A stretch of DNA of 64,000 nt from IMG/VR virus record IMGVR_UViG_3300037851_000538, positions 20,368 to 84,367 of that record. One strand, 5' to 3'. This DNA comes from a virus. This document shows, in pieces, positions 38,373-47,304 of this stretch. The notes under the pieces were generated by a model. That model was given only the letters and a program-made list of their open reading frames with translations. It ran no database searches and was not told the DNA's origin. The first letter of the stretch is position 1. Every line of letters starts with the position of its first letter. Made by a program: the position numbers and the translations under genes.

Positions 38373-38822
38373 ATGCCGGTTTATTTCAAGCTTGTGAGTG
38401 AGTTTCAGACGATTCATCGTCGTCCCTTTGAGCTCGATGACGCCACGATTCTCAACCCGGTCAGCAGCAATCCGTTGATCGAGGGCGAGTTTCTGGAGTT
38501 CACGACCACGACGTACAAGATGAAGCGTGGCGCTGGCGCTCCTGCGTTGATTCCGTCGTTCGCGTACTTTGCGGAGCAGGGTCGTTACGAGACGCAGGCT
38601 CTTGGCAAGGGTCCGTTCTTGTACCTCGGCCCGTATGAGGCCGATACGATGATCATGGACGCCACGAGTCTGGCGGTCGGCGACGCTCTTGAGGTGTCGA
38701 ACGTGACGATCGGCGGTCTCACGCGTCGTGGTTTGGTGAAGTACACGTCGGGCTTCAAGGTTGGGTACGTGACTCGTCTCCCGGCCGACAACCGCGGCTA
38801 TCTTCGGTTCATTCGGGCGTAG
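38373..38822 (+). CDS. Probable capsid decoration/cement protein
   Basis: 149 aa, strong codon bias, immediately upstream of the major capsid gene. Confidence 0.55.
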   Translation: MPVYFKLVSEFQTIHRRPFELDDATILNPVSSNPLIEGEFLEFTTTTYKMKRGAGAPALIPSFAYFAEQGRYETQALGKGPFLYLGPYEADTMIMDATSLAVGDALEVSNVTIGGLTRRGLVKYTSGFKVGYVTRLPADNRGYLRFIRA

Positions 38823-38864
38823 TTGAGACTGAAAGAGTCACGAGGAAGGTAAGGAGAAAACACC

Positions 38865-39989
38865 ATGAGTATGGTTCAGGCTTCCATCGAGATGTTCAAT
38901 CAGCGTCTCGACTCGCAAGAAGGCAAGGACAAGTTGGCTGAGCTGGGCGGTTCGTGGATTCGCGACCGTCTGCGTGAAGTGTCGTTCATGCGGCACTTGC
39001 TTCCTCCGGAGCAGGTTACGCGGGCTGACTGTCAGCGTTCGGTGAATCACGACACGCTGGTCAAGATCGTTGACATCGAGCCGCAAAGCCGCGCGATGGC
39101 GATCACGTTCCGCGACCAGCCCACGGCCCGGTTCATCCGCGCCCCGAAGGCTGAGATTCCGTTCTTCACGATCTCATCGGAGAAGTTCGAGAAGACGGAG
39201 CAGGAGCTCCTCGCCTACGAAATGCCCATCACCAAGGTCATCGAAGACAACACGGTGAAGGACATTCAGGAGATCGAGGACCGCGAGGGTCTTCGTCACC
39301 TCGAGGCCGGCGTCCAGGCGATGCAGACAGAGGTCAACACGACTACGACGGTTGCGTACAACGCTACCAATATTCGTGCTCTGAATGCCAATGCCCAGGT
39401 CGTTTCGGTTGTGAAGGGCGAGCTCGCTCTTGCGGCTGACGGTACGGACTTTGTGGTTCGTCCGGTGCAGCGTCCTGACTTCGTGAATCTCTTCAAGATC
39501 CTCGACGGCCGGCGTCTCCGTTCGGAGCGCGTTCTGATCACCGAAGTGGACCACGACGACGTTCTTCAGTGGACGGTCGAGGACTTTGGCGATCGCATCC
39601 AGTCCGAGACGGTTGTTGACGGCTACAAGTACAACACGCTGCTCGGCCGCAAGGTTGTTCGTACGGTGAAGACGGACCTTCTCCGCCCGGGCAACATCTT
39701 CGTCTTCACGGCGCCGCAGTTCTTCGGGAAGTTCTACATCCTGAACAACACGAAGTTCTACATCGACAAGATCGCGAACGTCATCACGTGGCAGTCGTGG
39801 GAAGACATCGGCATCGGCCTCATCAACGTGTCGGCTTGGGCGAAGCTCGAGCTCTACCGCGGCTCGGTTCGTCCGACTGCGTATGACACCGGCTGGACTG
39901 CGAAGCTTCCTGTGTCCGAGGAAGATCTGGGCGCAGAGAACAATCGGGTTGACCGCGGGCTGCACTACCCGAGTGTTCAGCAGTATTAG
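38865..39989 (+). CDS. Major capsid protein (HK97-fold predicted)
   Basis: 374 aa, TAAGGAG SD, extreme high-expression codon bias; layout 'IRDRLREVSFMRHLLP...IPFFTISS..F......L......I....DIQEIEDR' and 'LLGRKVVRT....L.PGNIFVF'. Confidence 0.8.
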   Translation: MSMVQASIEMFNQRLDSQEGKDKLAELGGSWIRDRLREVSFMRHLLPPEQVTRADCQRSVNHDTLVKIVDIEPQSRAMAITFRDQPTARFIRAPKAEIPFFTISSEKFEKTEQELLAYEMPITKVIEDNTVKDIQEIEDREGLRHLEAGVQAMQTEVNTTTTVAYNATNIRALNANAQVVSVVKGELALAADGTDFVVRPVQRPDFVNLFKILDGRRLRSERVLITEVDHDDVLQWTVEDFGDRIQSETVVDGYKYNTLLGRKVVRTVKTDLLRPGNIFVFTAPQFFGKFYILNNTKFYIDKIANVITWQSWEDIGIGLINVSAWAKLELYRGSVRPTAYDTGWTAKLPVSEEDLGAENNRVDRGLHYPSVQQY

Positions 39990-39994
39990 AGTCT

Positions 39995-40087
39995 AAGACC
40001 AGGAGTATCCTTCTGGTCTTGGTACGCCCCCAGAGGTGGTAGGGATTCCACCACAACTTGCTCTTCTTACCACTTCTGGGGGCTTTT
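39995..40087 (+). terminator. Tandem hairpins after the major capsid gene
   Basis: AAGACCAGGA/TTCTGGTCTT (39995-40020), then a ~20-bp G:U-containing stem (40026-40045 with 40064-40083) followed by TTTT. Confidence 0.65.
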
Positions 40088-40100
40088 CATTGGAGGAGTT

Positions 40101-40517
40101 ATGTACCTCATTCGTAACCTTTCTCGGAGTCCTTCTACCAAGCGTATTCGAGCGCAGAGAAACGGTCGTTGGACAAGTTTTATGCTGGATACTGGCACCC
40201 GTATTCGGCGCAAAGGTCCTCGGTACACGGAGATTGACGAGTCTACTCTTCGTGCCAATATCGAGGACATCATTTGGGGAGTCGAGGAAGGGTACATTGA
40301 GTTGTTCTCTTCCGACGAGAAGCCTCTTTCAGTGAACGACATTTTGGCACTCGTACCTAAAACAAAGAGTGCTGACTCGGTTCCTCAGCCTGTCCGTGTC
40401 CAGGTTCCTAATGACCCGGACATTAAGGCTAAGGAATCCCCTGAAACAACAACCACTTCCACGGCATCGCCAGCGAAACCGGTTCAGGTCTTTGCCAAGA
40501 AGAAGACTGGAGCGTGA
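40101..40517 (+). CDS. Hypothetical protein (head-associated?)
   Basis: GGAGG SD, ORF. Confidence 0.6.
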   Translation: MYLIRNLSRSPSTKRIRAQRNGRWTSFMLDTGTRIRRKGPRYTEIDESTLRANIEDIIWGVEEGYIELFSSDEKPLSVNDILALVPKTKSADSVPQPVRVQVPNDPDIKAKESPETTTTSTASPAKPVQVFAKKKTGA

Positions 40518-40518
40518 G

Positions 40519-40932
40519 ATGAGCACCAAGATCTGGAATGCGTCAAACACAAGCCGAGTCCTTTTGGGTCGGACCGTTAAGCCTGGTCGTTGCGTGGTGA
40601 CGGGTGAGTCTGTATCGAGTCTTCACAAGCTGGCTACCGGAATTGAGTCTCGCAACGTGATGGTTGGTGATTCGGCTCCGTACGGCAAGCCTCCTCGGGC
40701 CGTCGCAGATGCCCGCCTGGTGAATGGCAAGGGCGAGGTCGAGGGTCCTCGTCGAATAGCGCCGAAGGCGGCTCATGGTCAGGATTCTGTAGAGAGCTCT
40801 GCGGAGCCAAAGAACCTGGACCTGTTTCCCAAAACCACGCCTGAACAGAAAGCTCCCGGAGAGCTAACTTCTTCGTTGCAGGCAACGGATGACGTTTCCC
40901 TTCTGAAGAAAAAAGCCAAGAAGGTGGAATAG
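40519..40932 (+). CDS. Hypothetical protein
   Basis: ATG 40519 after GGAG, tightly packed. Confidence 0.55.
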   Translation: MSTKIWNASNTSRVLLGRTVKPGRCVVTGESVSSLHKLATGIESRNVMVGDSAPYGKPPRAVADARLVNGKGEVEGPRRIAPKAAHGQDSVESSAEPKNLDLFPKTTPEQKAPGELTSSLQATDDVSLLKKKAKKVE

Positions 40933-41456
40933 TGTCGAGCGCACTCACAGAGAATCCAGCTCCTGTCATTCCCCCAGAGATTGACGACCCCCGTTTCAAT
41001 TATCTGGAGATGCGAGTTCGGGATAGGCTCCGTGATTATGCCGAGCTCAATCGTTTAACGTCTGGATACGACCACAGCCCGAGGCTGATTAAATGGGCAA
41101 TCTACGACACCCTAGGCGATTGGGCATCTACTCCGCCATTTATAGGCGTTACTCTAGACAAAATTCTAGAACGCCAATGGACGAGCGTTTTTATCCTTGG
41201 CGTCACTATCGAGCTGTTGAGGTCACTGAGCATTCTTCATATGAGGAACTACCTATCGTACTCAGACGGTGGCGTGAACGTTCAAACGGAGAATCCACAG
41301 CTCATAATGTCGTGGCTGCAGATGGCACAGTCTGAGTACGAGCAAAAGAAGCAACGCATTCTGATTGCAGCCAATATCGAAAGCTCGTTAGGTTCCAACG
41401 TATCCGGGGTTCACGGAGAATACTACTTCATTAACTCGTTCTTCGGGTATTTATAG
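40932..41456 (+). CDS. Probable head-tail adaptor (neck) protein
   Basis: 174 aa, helical, 'RNYLSYSDGGVNV'; position after the capsid gene. Confidence 0.55.
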   Translation: MSSALTENPAPVIPPEIDDPRFNYLEMRVRDRLRDYAELNRLTSGYDHSPRLIKWAIYDTLGDWASTPPFIGVTLDKILERQWTSVFILGVTIELLRSLSILHMRNYLSYSDGGVNVQTENPQLIMSWLQMAQSEYEQKKQRILIAANIESSLGSNVSGVHGEYYFINSFFGYL

Positions 41457-41489
41457 GTATAGTTTCTTTAGAAATTGACTCTTAGAATT

Positions 41490-41499
41490 TGGTATAAGA
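41490..41499 (+). promoter_or_regulatory. TGGTATAAGA motif, putative phage promoter
   Basis: AT-rich intergenic region upstream of the HNH gene. Confidence 0.5.
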
Positions 41500-41537
41500 C
41501 TTATAGGAAGTCTTTACCATTTTTTTAGGAGAGTAGA

Positions 41538-42344
41538 ATGCACGTCAATCCGAAACTAGAAGAAGAAACTCTTAAGCGAATGTACTCCGAGGAAATGTTG
41601 TCAGTACCCGAAATATCCAAGCGTTTGGGGTGTTCCTCCTATGGTGTTCTAAACGCTCTTAGAAGATTCAAAATACCACTACGTTCCAGAAGAGAGGCCT
41701 CTAAACTTCGCCACAGCCATACCTGGACGGCTGACTGGGAATCTTTAGCTAAAGAGTATGAGGCCGGCCGTACCATCGAGGAGATAGCGGAAAAAGCCAA
41801 CTGTTCTTTGGCCACGGTATCTGCACATCTCCGTAGACTTGGCGTTTCTGTACGCCCTAGAGGCTCTGATACACCTATTCATCCCCTGTCCCAAAGAAAC
41901 AGTAAAAGGATAAACATCGACATTGAAAAAGCCGCCGCTATGAACAGGGCCGGTTCTACTCTTACTGAAATCGGAAAGGCTCTTGGAAACATCGCGGTTC
42001 AAGTAGTCTCAAAACGCTTTCGAGAAGCTAATGTCCCGGTCATTGTCAACCGTGCTTCTAAGGACGAATTCAAGAACGTTCAATTCCAAAGGAGGAAAGT
42101 AGCACGTGCCATTAACGCCACAGCTTGCGTTATCTGTGGAGAGACGCGCGCCGTGGACCTTTGCCACATTTTTCCTCGCCATCGAGGAGGAGAGCTCGTT
42201 CCCGACAACACCATAGCTCTCTGTCAGACCCACCACCATTGTTTTGACCGCGGAACTTTGAAGGGCGCTGAGATAAAAAAGATCAAACCGTTTTTGCAGC
42301 AAGCAGCTGCAAAAGGTTTTACCCACCCTCACTATTCTGGATGA
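41538..42344 (+). CDS. HNH endonuclease with three N-terminal HTH-like repeats
   Basis: CVICG..AVDLCHIFPRHRGG....N.IALCQTHH; repeats 'SVPEISKRLGCS', 'TIEEIAEKANCS', 'TLTEIGKALG'. Confidence 0.85.
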   Translation: MHVNPKLEEETLKRMYSEEMLSVPEISKRLGCSSYGVLNALRRFKIPLRSRREASKLRHSHTWTADWESLAKEYEAGRTIEEIAEKANCSLATVSAHLRRLGVSVRPRGSDTPIHPLSQRNSKRINIDIEKAAAMNRAGSTLTEIGKALGNIAVQVVSKRFREANVPVIVNRASKDEFKNVQFQRRKVARAINATACVICGETRAVDLCHIFPRHRGGELVPDNTIALCQTHHHCFDRGTLKGAEIKKIKPFLQQAAAKGFTHPHYSG

Positions 42345-42354
42345 CTTTGGAAAC

Positions 42355-42386
42355 ACTCGCCGCAGGAGTAGTGGCTTGCGGCGAGT
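42355..42386. terminator. Hairpin between convergent genes
   Basis: ACTCGCCGCA...TGCGGCGAGT. Confidence 0.6.
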
Positions 42387-42414
42387 CAGTTATTTTTAGC
42401 CCCTATACTGGAGA

Positions 42415-42567
42415 CTACCTATCTTCCCACTTGCTCATCCACTGTCTGCAAGTGCCTTCTTTGTTCTTAGGAAAGAGCCATCTGGCCCTACATCCGGTAG
42501 GCCACCAATGACGACAGCTGGAGCAATCTTTTTTAGCCGCTTCCATCTTTCGTCGTTGCTCTCCCAC
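42415..42567 (-). CDS. 50-aa Cys/Trp-rich peptide (not in ORF track)
   Basis: AAGGAG SD, GTG start; MGEQRRKMEAAKKDCSSCRHWWPTGCRARWLFPKNKEGTCRQWMSKWEDR. Confidence 0.45.
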   Translation of the reverse strand: MGEQRRKMEAAKKDCSSCRHWWPTGCRARWLFPKNKEGTCRQWMSKWEDR

Positions 42568-42638
42568 GGTCTTTCTATCTCCTTCCAGACCAGTACCTAA
42601 GAAAGGGGGTTCTCCCCCTATTTAGGACACTCTACCCA

Positions 42639-42728
42639 TCACCGGTATATGAAGTACAGAACCATCAAGAATCCCCCTATGGTTATTGCAGTCAGAGTGT
42701 TTTGCAACCATACTGGTAGATTTTTCAT
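42639..42728 (-). CDS. 29-aa single-TM peptide (not in ORF track)
   Basis: Strong TAAGGAGG SD; MKNLPVWLQNTLTAITIGGFLMVLYFIYR; downstream hairpin 42602-42620. Confidence 0.6.
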   Translation of the reverse strand: MKNLPVWLQNTLTAITIGGFLMVLYFIYR

Positions 42729-42746
42729 GTCTCTTCCTCCTTACTT

Positions 42747-42757
42747 TTCTTATACCA
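42747..42757 (-). promoter_or_regulatory. TGGTATAAGAA motif, putative phage promoter
   Basis: Immediately upstream of the SD of the 29-aa ORF. Confidence 0.55.
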
Positions 42758-42794
42758 GTTTCCGTTCTGATTATTGCGTATGTATAGTGTACCA

Positions 42795-43847
42795 ATGCGA
42801 AGAGAAACTTTGGTAGGCTTTTACGACGAAATTACTTCCATTCACGATCTAGAGAAAACAGCTATCGACCCGGTCACTATGCTTCTCGGTGGGGCTGCTT
42901 CTCATATTGGAACTAATCTTGTCGCTAGGAAGCTCCACCATTCTCCGCTCTTAACTTCTGCACGTAGTAAAGGGCTGGGTAGAGGCATACGAGAAGCTAT
43001 AGAGGGAAAACCTAGGGGCTTCAAAAGTAGGGCCACTGAACTCTTGGCGGGTCCGGACTTCACGGCGTCTGAAGATATTGGCCGTCTGTTGGGTAGCGGT
43101 TTGAGAAATAAAAGTAGAGGACAGCAACACAGAGCGTTGAAAAAACTGCGTAAGGCAACGGCTATGGCTCCAGAAGATGTGCGGTCCCTTCCATTTTTTG
43201 AAGATTTGGTTCCTGGTATAAATAGGGCTTTAGAAGCCCCACTTCCTAGAACCGGGAGAATCGAACAACTGTCGCGTGCTCAGAGAGCTGCTCCTTATCT
43301 CGCTGCTGCTCCTGCCGCGATCTTGGAGCCCGGCGCAGCAGTACATATGGGAGTTAATAAGCTAAGGTCCTTGGCCGCAAATTCACCTTTAGGGAAAAAG
43401 TTTGCAAAAAACTCTTTGATAGCCGGAGCTCGAGAATCTACCTTGGCGGATAGGGTTATGGGGGCTCTTCCAGGCGAGGCAAAGACAGACGTCGTCCGTG
43501 CGGGTCTATCTCCAAAGAAAAGAAGCAGGATGAGCGACTTAGCTACGGAGGTGTTTTTATCTCCTGCTTCTCAAGCACCAAAAACTATTTCAAGGGGGGT
43601 AGCGGATTCTTTATCTAATCCTGCAAACGTTAGGCCTATTACTCGGTTCGTGTCGGCTTTACACAACGTTGCGGGTCCTAAGCCTGGTAATGTGGCATCT
43701 CAAGCTCTGTCGAGTATTTCTGAGGCATCTAAAGGTCTGACCGGCACTGTGAGGGATTTGAGCAATCGTGCTTCTGGGGTGATTGGTGCGAAGACCAGAC
43801 CCACTCCTACCTTAATGGGCCGACAGCCCCGTCCGATCCCAGGATAG
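42795..43847 (+). CDS. Putative virion cargo protein with FxDE leader
   Basis: MRRETLVGFYDEITSIHDLEKTA then a basic, amphipathic body. Confidence 0.6.
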   Translation: MRRETLVGFYDEITSIHDLEKTAIDPVTMLLGGAASHIGTNLVARKLHHSPLLTSARSKGLGRGIREAIEGKPRGFKSRATELLAGPDFTASEDIGRLLGSGLRNKSRGQQHRALKKLRKATAMAPEDVRSLPFFEDLVPGINRALEAPLPRTGRIEQLSRAQRAAPYLAAAPAAILEPGAAVHMGVNKLRSLAANSPLGKKFAKNSLIAGARESTLADRVMGALPGEAKTDVVRAGLSPKKRSRMSDLATEVFLSPASQAPKTISRGVADSLSNPANVRPITRFVSALHNVAGPKPGNVASQALSSISEASKGLTGTVRDLSNRASGVIGAKTRPTPTLMGRQPRPIPG

Positions 43848-43945
43848 TCAGTTATTTTGCTAACCAACCCTCATCTTCTGGACCGTTTGCAGAGACGTTA
43901 TAGTCAGGCTGCTAAGAAATTTGACCTGTTTAGAGGAACTGACAG

Positions 43946-44074
43946 ATGAAGCACGCCAACTTTACGACTCCTGAAGAGATGTGCAAGTTCGTTGCGGACA
44001 ATTCTATCGTCCAATCTAAGATCGTGGACATCTTTTGGAAGGAAGGTCGTTGGTACCTCTTCTACTTCATCTAG
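43946..44074 (+). CDS. 42-aa hypothetical protein (not in ORF track)
   Basis: AGAGGA SD; MKHANFTTPEEMCKFVADNSIVQSKIVDIFWKEGRWYLFYFI. Confidence 0.55.
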   Translation: MKHANFTTPEEMCKFVADNSIVQSKIVDIFWKEGRWYLFYFI

Positions 44075-44092
44075 GCGAAAGGGGTTAGGCTA

Positions 44093-45007
44093 ATGACCCG
44101 GACATTGCTGGCGCAAGCCATTAACCGCCTGTGGGAAAGTCATGGTGCTGGGGCGTTAGAAAAGAACGCCGCTGCCCATTACTTCTATGAGCTGAAGAAG
44201 CCAGTTCTTGACGCAGAGGTGTTTGGGGAAGATTTCTGCAAGATGGCCTACGTTCTTGGTAAAGACCCGTGGGCCTTGGCTATCGAGGTTCATGACAACC
44301 TCCCCCGCTTTGAACTCTTAAGAAAAACAGCCAGCGGCAAAGAGTTAGAGCTGGCTAGTTTTTACTTGGAGAGCGCGAAAGATATCTGCAAAAAGGCCGG
44401 TCTCATTGATAAGGCCGTTGGCGGTGTAAAGAACACCTTCGGAATAGGACGAAAGACTTTATCCACTCCAGCGCAGGTGGAGACTCTGACGAATAAGGCC
44501 CACGGACTGAAAGCTACGGCAAAAGGGACAAAAGCGCGACTAACCCAGAAGAGGCTGTCAGCGAATCAGCCTATGCCAGCTTCTATGGCCGCCAGCGCTA
44601 ATCCCCCAACGCTGACGAAAGCCCAAAGACAGCAAATGGCTGCTGCTGAGTCTGCGAAACGTGGGGTACAGGCCAACCCTAGGCAGCAAAGGGTTTTGTC
44701 CGGTCAGGCTGGAACTGGTCCTGTGGTAAGGCCTTCTCAGCCTGCCGTTTCGGGAACTGCCGCTCCGGCTACTGTCCCGGCTAATCAGGTGGCTCGTCCT
44801 CAATCGGCCCCTGCTCAGGCAACTGCTCCTGTTCAAGGAGCTGCTCCCGCGCAGGGAGCTGTTCCCGAAGTTCAAGGTCAAACTCCCCAATCAAACTGGA
44901 CCAATAGGGCTATAGGAGCTGCGGCCTTAGGAGTTCCTGCGGCCGGATACATGGCATTTTCTGGAGCCAATCCTCAGCCGCAACCTCCTCCAGGTTACGG
45001 GTACTAA
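44093..45007 (+). CDS. Putative cargo protein, K-x-A modules, Ala/Pro/Gln linker, C-terminal hydrophobic anchor
   Basis: EKNAA, KMA, KTAS, KKAG; C-terminus AIGAAALGVPAAGYMAF. Confidence 0.6.
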   Translation: MTRTLLAQAINRLWESHGAGALEKNAAAHYFYELKKPVLDAEVFGEDFCKMAYVLGKDPWALAIEVHDNLPRFELLRKTASGKELELASFYLESAKDICKKAGLIDKAVGGVKNTFGIGRKTLSTPAQVETLTNKAHGLKATAKGTKARLTQKRLSANQPMPASMAASANPPTLTKAQRQQMAAAESAKRGVQANPRQQRVLSGQAGTGPVVRPSQPAVSGTAAPATVPANQVARPQSAPAQATAPVQGAAPAQGAVPEVQGQTPQSNWTNRAIGAAALGVPAAGYMAFSGANPQPQPPPGYGY

Positions 45008-45017
45008 GGAGTAGAAG

Positions 45018-46040
45018 ATGAGTTTGTCTCAGTATCTGGAAGTTCTTGTTGAAGAGAAGCGGTCTGAGGAGATGAAGAAGGAGGCGTTCGCGTCTCTTTC
45101 TGACGAAGACCTTATGAAGGTGGCATTCTCCAAATCGGCAAAGAAGGACATGCCGCCCTTTCTTGAGCAAAACAGGCCTGCCAAGGTCAAAGAGATTTAT
45201 GGAGCTTTGAAGCGGGACCACCCGGACATGCCTGCGGGGATGAAGGCTCGCATTGCTTCTCGTCAGGGCAAGAAGGGTAAGCAGCATCAGGGTCCTCCAT
45301 ACAAGGGTCCTTTGACTAAGGGCGCTTCATGGGATTCGGTGGTCAAAGCGGTTAAGGGATTTCCTGGAGCCGTAGCGAACAAGGCCCGACAAGTTAAGGG
45401 CACGTACCAAACGGCCGCTGCTGGTCCTTTAGGTCAGGGAGTTTCTGGACCACTTCTCCCGGGCCAATCTAGGGGTGTTGGTGCTGGTCTAAAGGCGGTT
45501 GCTACTCAGCATCCTGGGGTTGCTGCTGGAGTGGCTGGCGCGACCGGTTTAGGCGCTGGGTACGCTCTTTCTCCTTCAGGAGGCCAAAACAAGACCGCTG
45601 CTCTTCTTTTGAAGGTTGGAGACGCCGTTGGCCGAATGTTGGCCAAGGAAGCTGCAGAAGTAGGCCTTCCAATTTCCGAGCTTCAAGAGTCGATGGAAGA
45701 GGCTCGGGCAAGAGAAGACGTCCCGGGACGTGCTCGAAAATCTGCGATTCTTGGTGGAATCGGGGGCGGAACGCTTGGTGCTGCAGGTGGAGCAGCTGCC
45801 GGTTACGGATTGGGAAGGGTATTGGGACTTCCTAGAGTAGCAACTTCCGCCGTCAGCGGTGCCCTGGGTGGTATCGGCGGCGGTATGTTGGGGGCTGCGA
45901 AGGGTAAGGAATACGGTACTCGAGAAGCTGAGGCCGACAAGGTGTTGTCCGCTCTGAGAGCTGCTAGGGCCGCCCAGTTGGGGTATGGGGCTGGGGTACA
46001 GAGGGGATACATGGCGGGCATGCAAGGAGAGCAGGGTTGA
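45018..46040 (+). CDS. Putative cargo protein, K-x-A modules with glycine zippers
   Basis: KKEA, KVA, KSA, TKGAS, NKTAA, KEAA; GGIGGGTLGAAGGAAAG. Confidence 0.6.
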   Translation: MSLSQYLEVLVEEKRSEEMKKEAFASLSDEDLMKVAFSKSAKKDMPPFLEQNRPAKVKEIYGALKRDHPDMPAGMKARIASRQGKKGKQHQGPPYKGPLTKGASWDSVVKAVKGFPGAVANKARQVKGTYQTAAAGPLGQGVSGPLLPGQSRGVGAGLKAVATQHPGVAAGVAGATGLGAGYALSPSGGQNKTAALLLKVGDAVGRMLAKEAAEVGLPISELQESMEEARAREDVPGRARKSAILGGIGGGTLGAAGGAAAGYGLGRVLGLPRVATSAVSGALGGIGGGMLGAAKGKEYGTREAEADKVLSALRAARAAQLGYGAGVQRGYMAGMQGEQG

Positions 46041-46933
46041 TAGAGGTACTATCTATAATGGTTCGGTCGTACGACTTGGACCATTTAGATGTTTTTTGGA
46101 CTCTTAATTCTCAGTCTGAAGAGTCCATTAGCGCTTACGATTTCTTTGTTCTCCGAAGTGTGGATGGGGCCGCCGGTCCGTATAATACGATCGCCGGCCC
46201 CTTCCATAACACTTACCTGTTTAGGGATGGGGATGTCCAACAGCTACACAAGTGGAGAAACTACTTTTACAAAATCAGGTTGGTACGTCGTTCCGACCAA
46301 GTTTCTTCAGAGCACGGGCCTCAATGCCTTCAAGCCCCTCCTGATCGAATTGCCCTCGAAATCCAAAGGCGCGAAGCCCTTTTGTTCAAAGAGTTTGCCG
46401 GTCGTCTAGTATTTTTGTTTCCTCAGCTAACCTTTGGTCAGCGTTGTGGTCACTGCTGGGACGTTAGTTCGAGGGGGAACACTATTGGAAGAGCCGTGCA
46501 GCAGAACTGCCACTCTTGCTACGATACTACCTTTGTGGGGGGTTTTTGTACGCCTATGGGAATCTTTGTGCAGATAGACCCTTCTCCTATTCAGCCACAA
46601 AGAACGGACTTGAAAGAGCACCAATTCGTCAAGACGACTGCACGAACTTGGGCGTTCCCTCCTATTCGTCCTAAGGACATGATTGTTGAGGCAGAGAACA
46701 AACGCTGGCTCGTGGAGGCGGTATCTGTAACTGAAAAAGGCAGAGCAACAATTAGGCAGGAGTTGTCTCTTACTGCCTATCCCAAAGACGACATTAAGTA
46801 CGCCGTCCCCGTTCAGTCCCCAGCCAACCTCATGCACAGTCCTGAGAGGGAATTCACTCGACCTATGTGTGTGGACTACCCGTCTAATGACCCGGACATT
46901 AGCGCGACGGATAGATTCGAGGTTCCTCTATGA
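46037..46933 (+). CDS. Probable neck/head-closure protein (FN3-like N-terminus, zinc motif)
   Basis: 'LDVFW...FFVLRS...GPY..IAGP...YFYKIR'; RCGHC...CHSC; 'PKDMIVE..NKRWLV'. Confidence 0.55.
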   Translation: MIEVLSIMVRSYDLDHLDVFWTLNSQSEESISAYDFFVLRSVDGAAGPYNTIAGPFHNTYLFRDGDVQQLHKWRNYFYKIRLVRRSDQVSSEHGPQCLQAPPDRIALEIQRREALLFKEFAGRLVFLFPQLTFGQRCGHCWDVSSRGNTIGRAVQQNCHSCYDTTFVGGFCTPMGIFVQIDPSPIQPQRTDLKEHQFVKTTARTWAFPPIRPKDMIVEAENKRWLVEAVSVTEKGRATIRQELSLTAYPKDDIKYAVPVQSPANLMHSPEREFTRPMCVDYPSNDPDISATDRFEVPL

Positions 46934-47304
46934 GAATTTCTCTAGAGTCTTTTTTCGACGAGCTGACTAAGATTGCTGAAGAGTCCCCTAACGCCTCTAA
47001 TCAGCAACAAGAGTGGCGTCCTCCAAACTCTGTAGAGATTAAGGAGCTTTTGCGCCACGCTGCTCTGGCCGGTCTTGGTTCTGGTATTGGGGCTGGTTTA
47101 GGTTTTGTTGTTGCCCCTAAAGTCATACCTAAGCTTTACGAGAAGCTGGGGCCGGAAAAATTCACGATGCTTATGGGCGTTGGTGGTTCTGTTTCTGGAA
47201 TCCTATCGGACTTAGCTTTTAGGAAGGCATACCAGAACATTTCCGCGGCTGGACAAGCTGAAGAGGAGCGCAGGCGTGTCGAGAGAGAGCGTCAGCGTCT
47301 GTAA
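46930..47304 (+). CDS. Small protein with FxDEL-K leader and Gly zipper
   Basis: MRISLESFFDELTKIA; AGLGSGIGAGLG. Confidence 0.6.
   Translation: MRISLESFFDELTKIAEESPNASNQQQEWRPPNSVEIKELLRHAALAGLGSGIGAGLGFVVAPKVIPKLYEKLGPEKFTMLMGVGGSVSGILSDLAFRKAYQNISAAGQAEEERRRVERERQRL

Noticed and set aside
39174-39965. 263-aa antisense ORF opposite the major capsid gene
   Set aside because: Shadow ORF: the highly biased capsid gene avoids TTA/CTA/TCA codons, which removes antisense stops; no SD and no protein-like motifs
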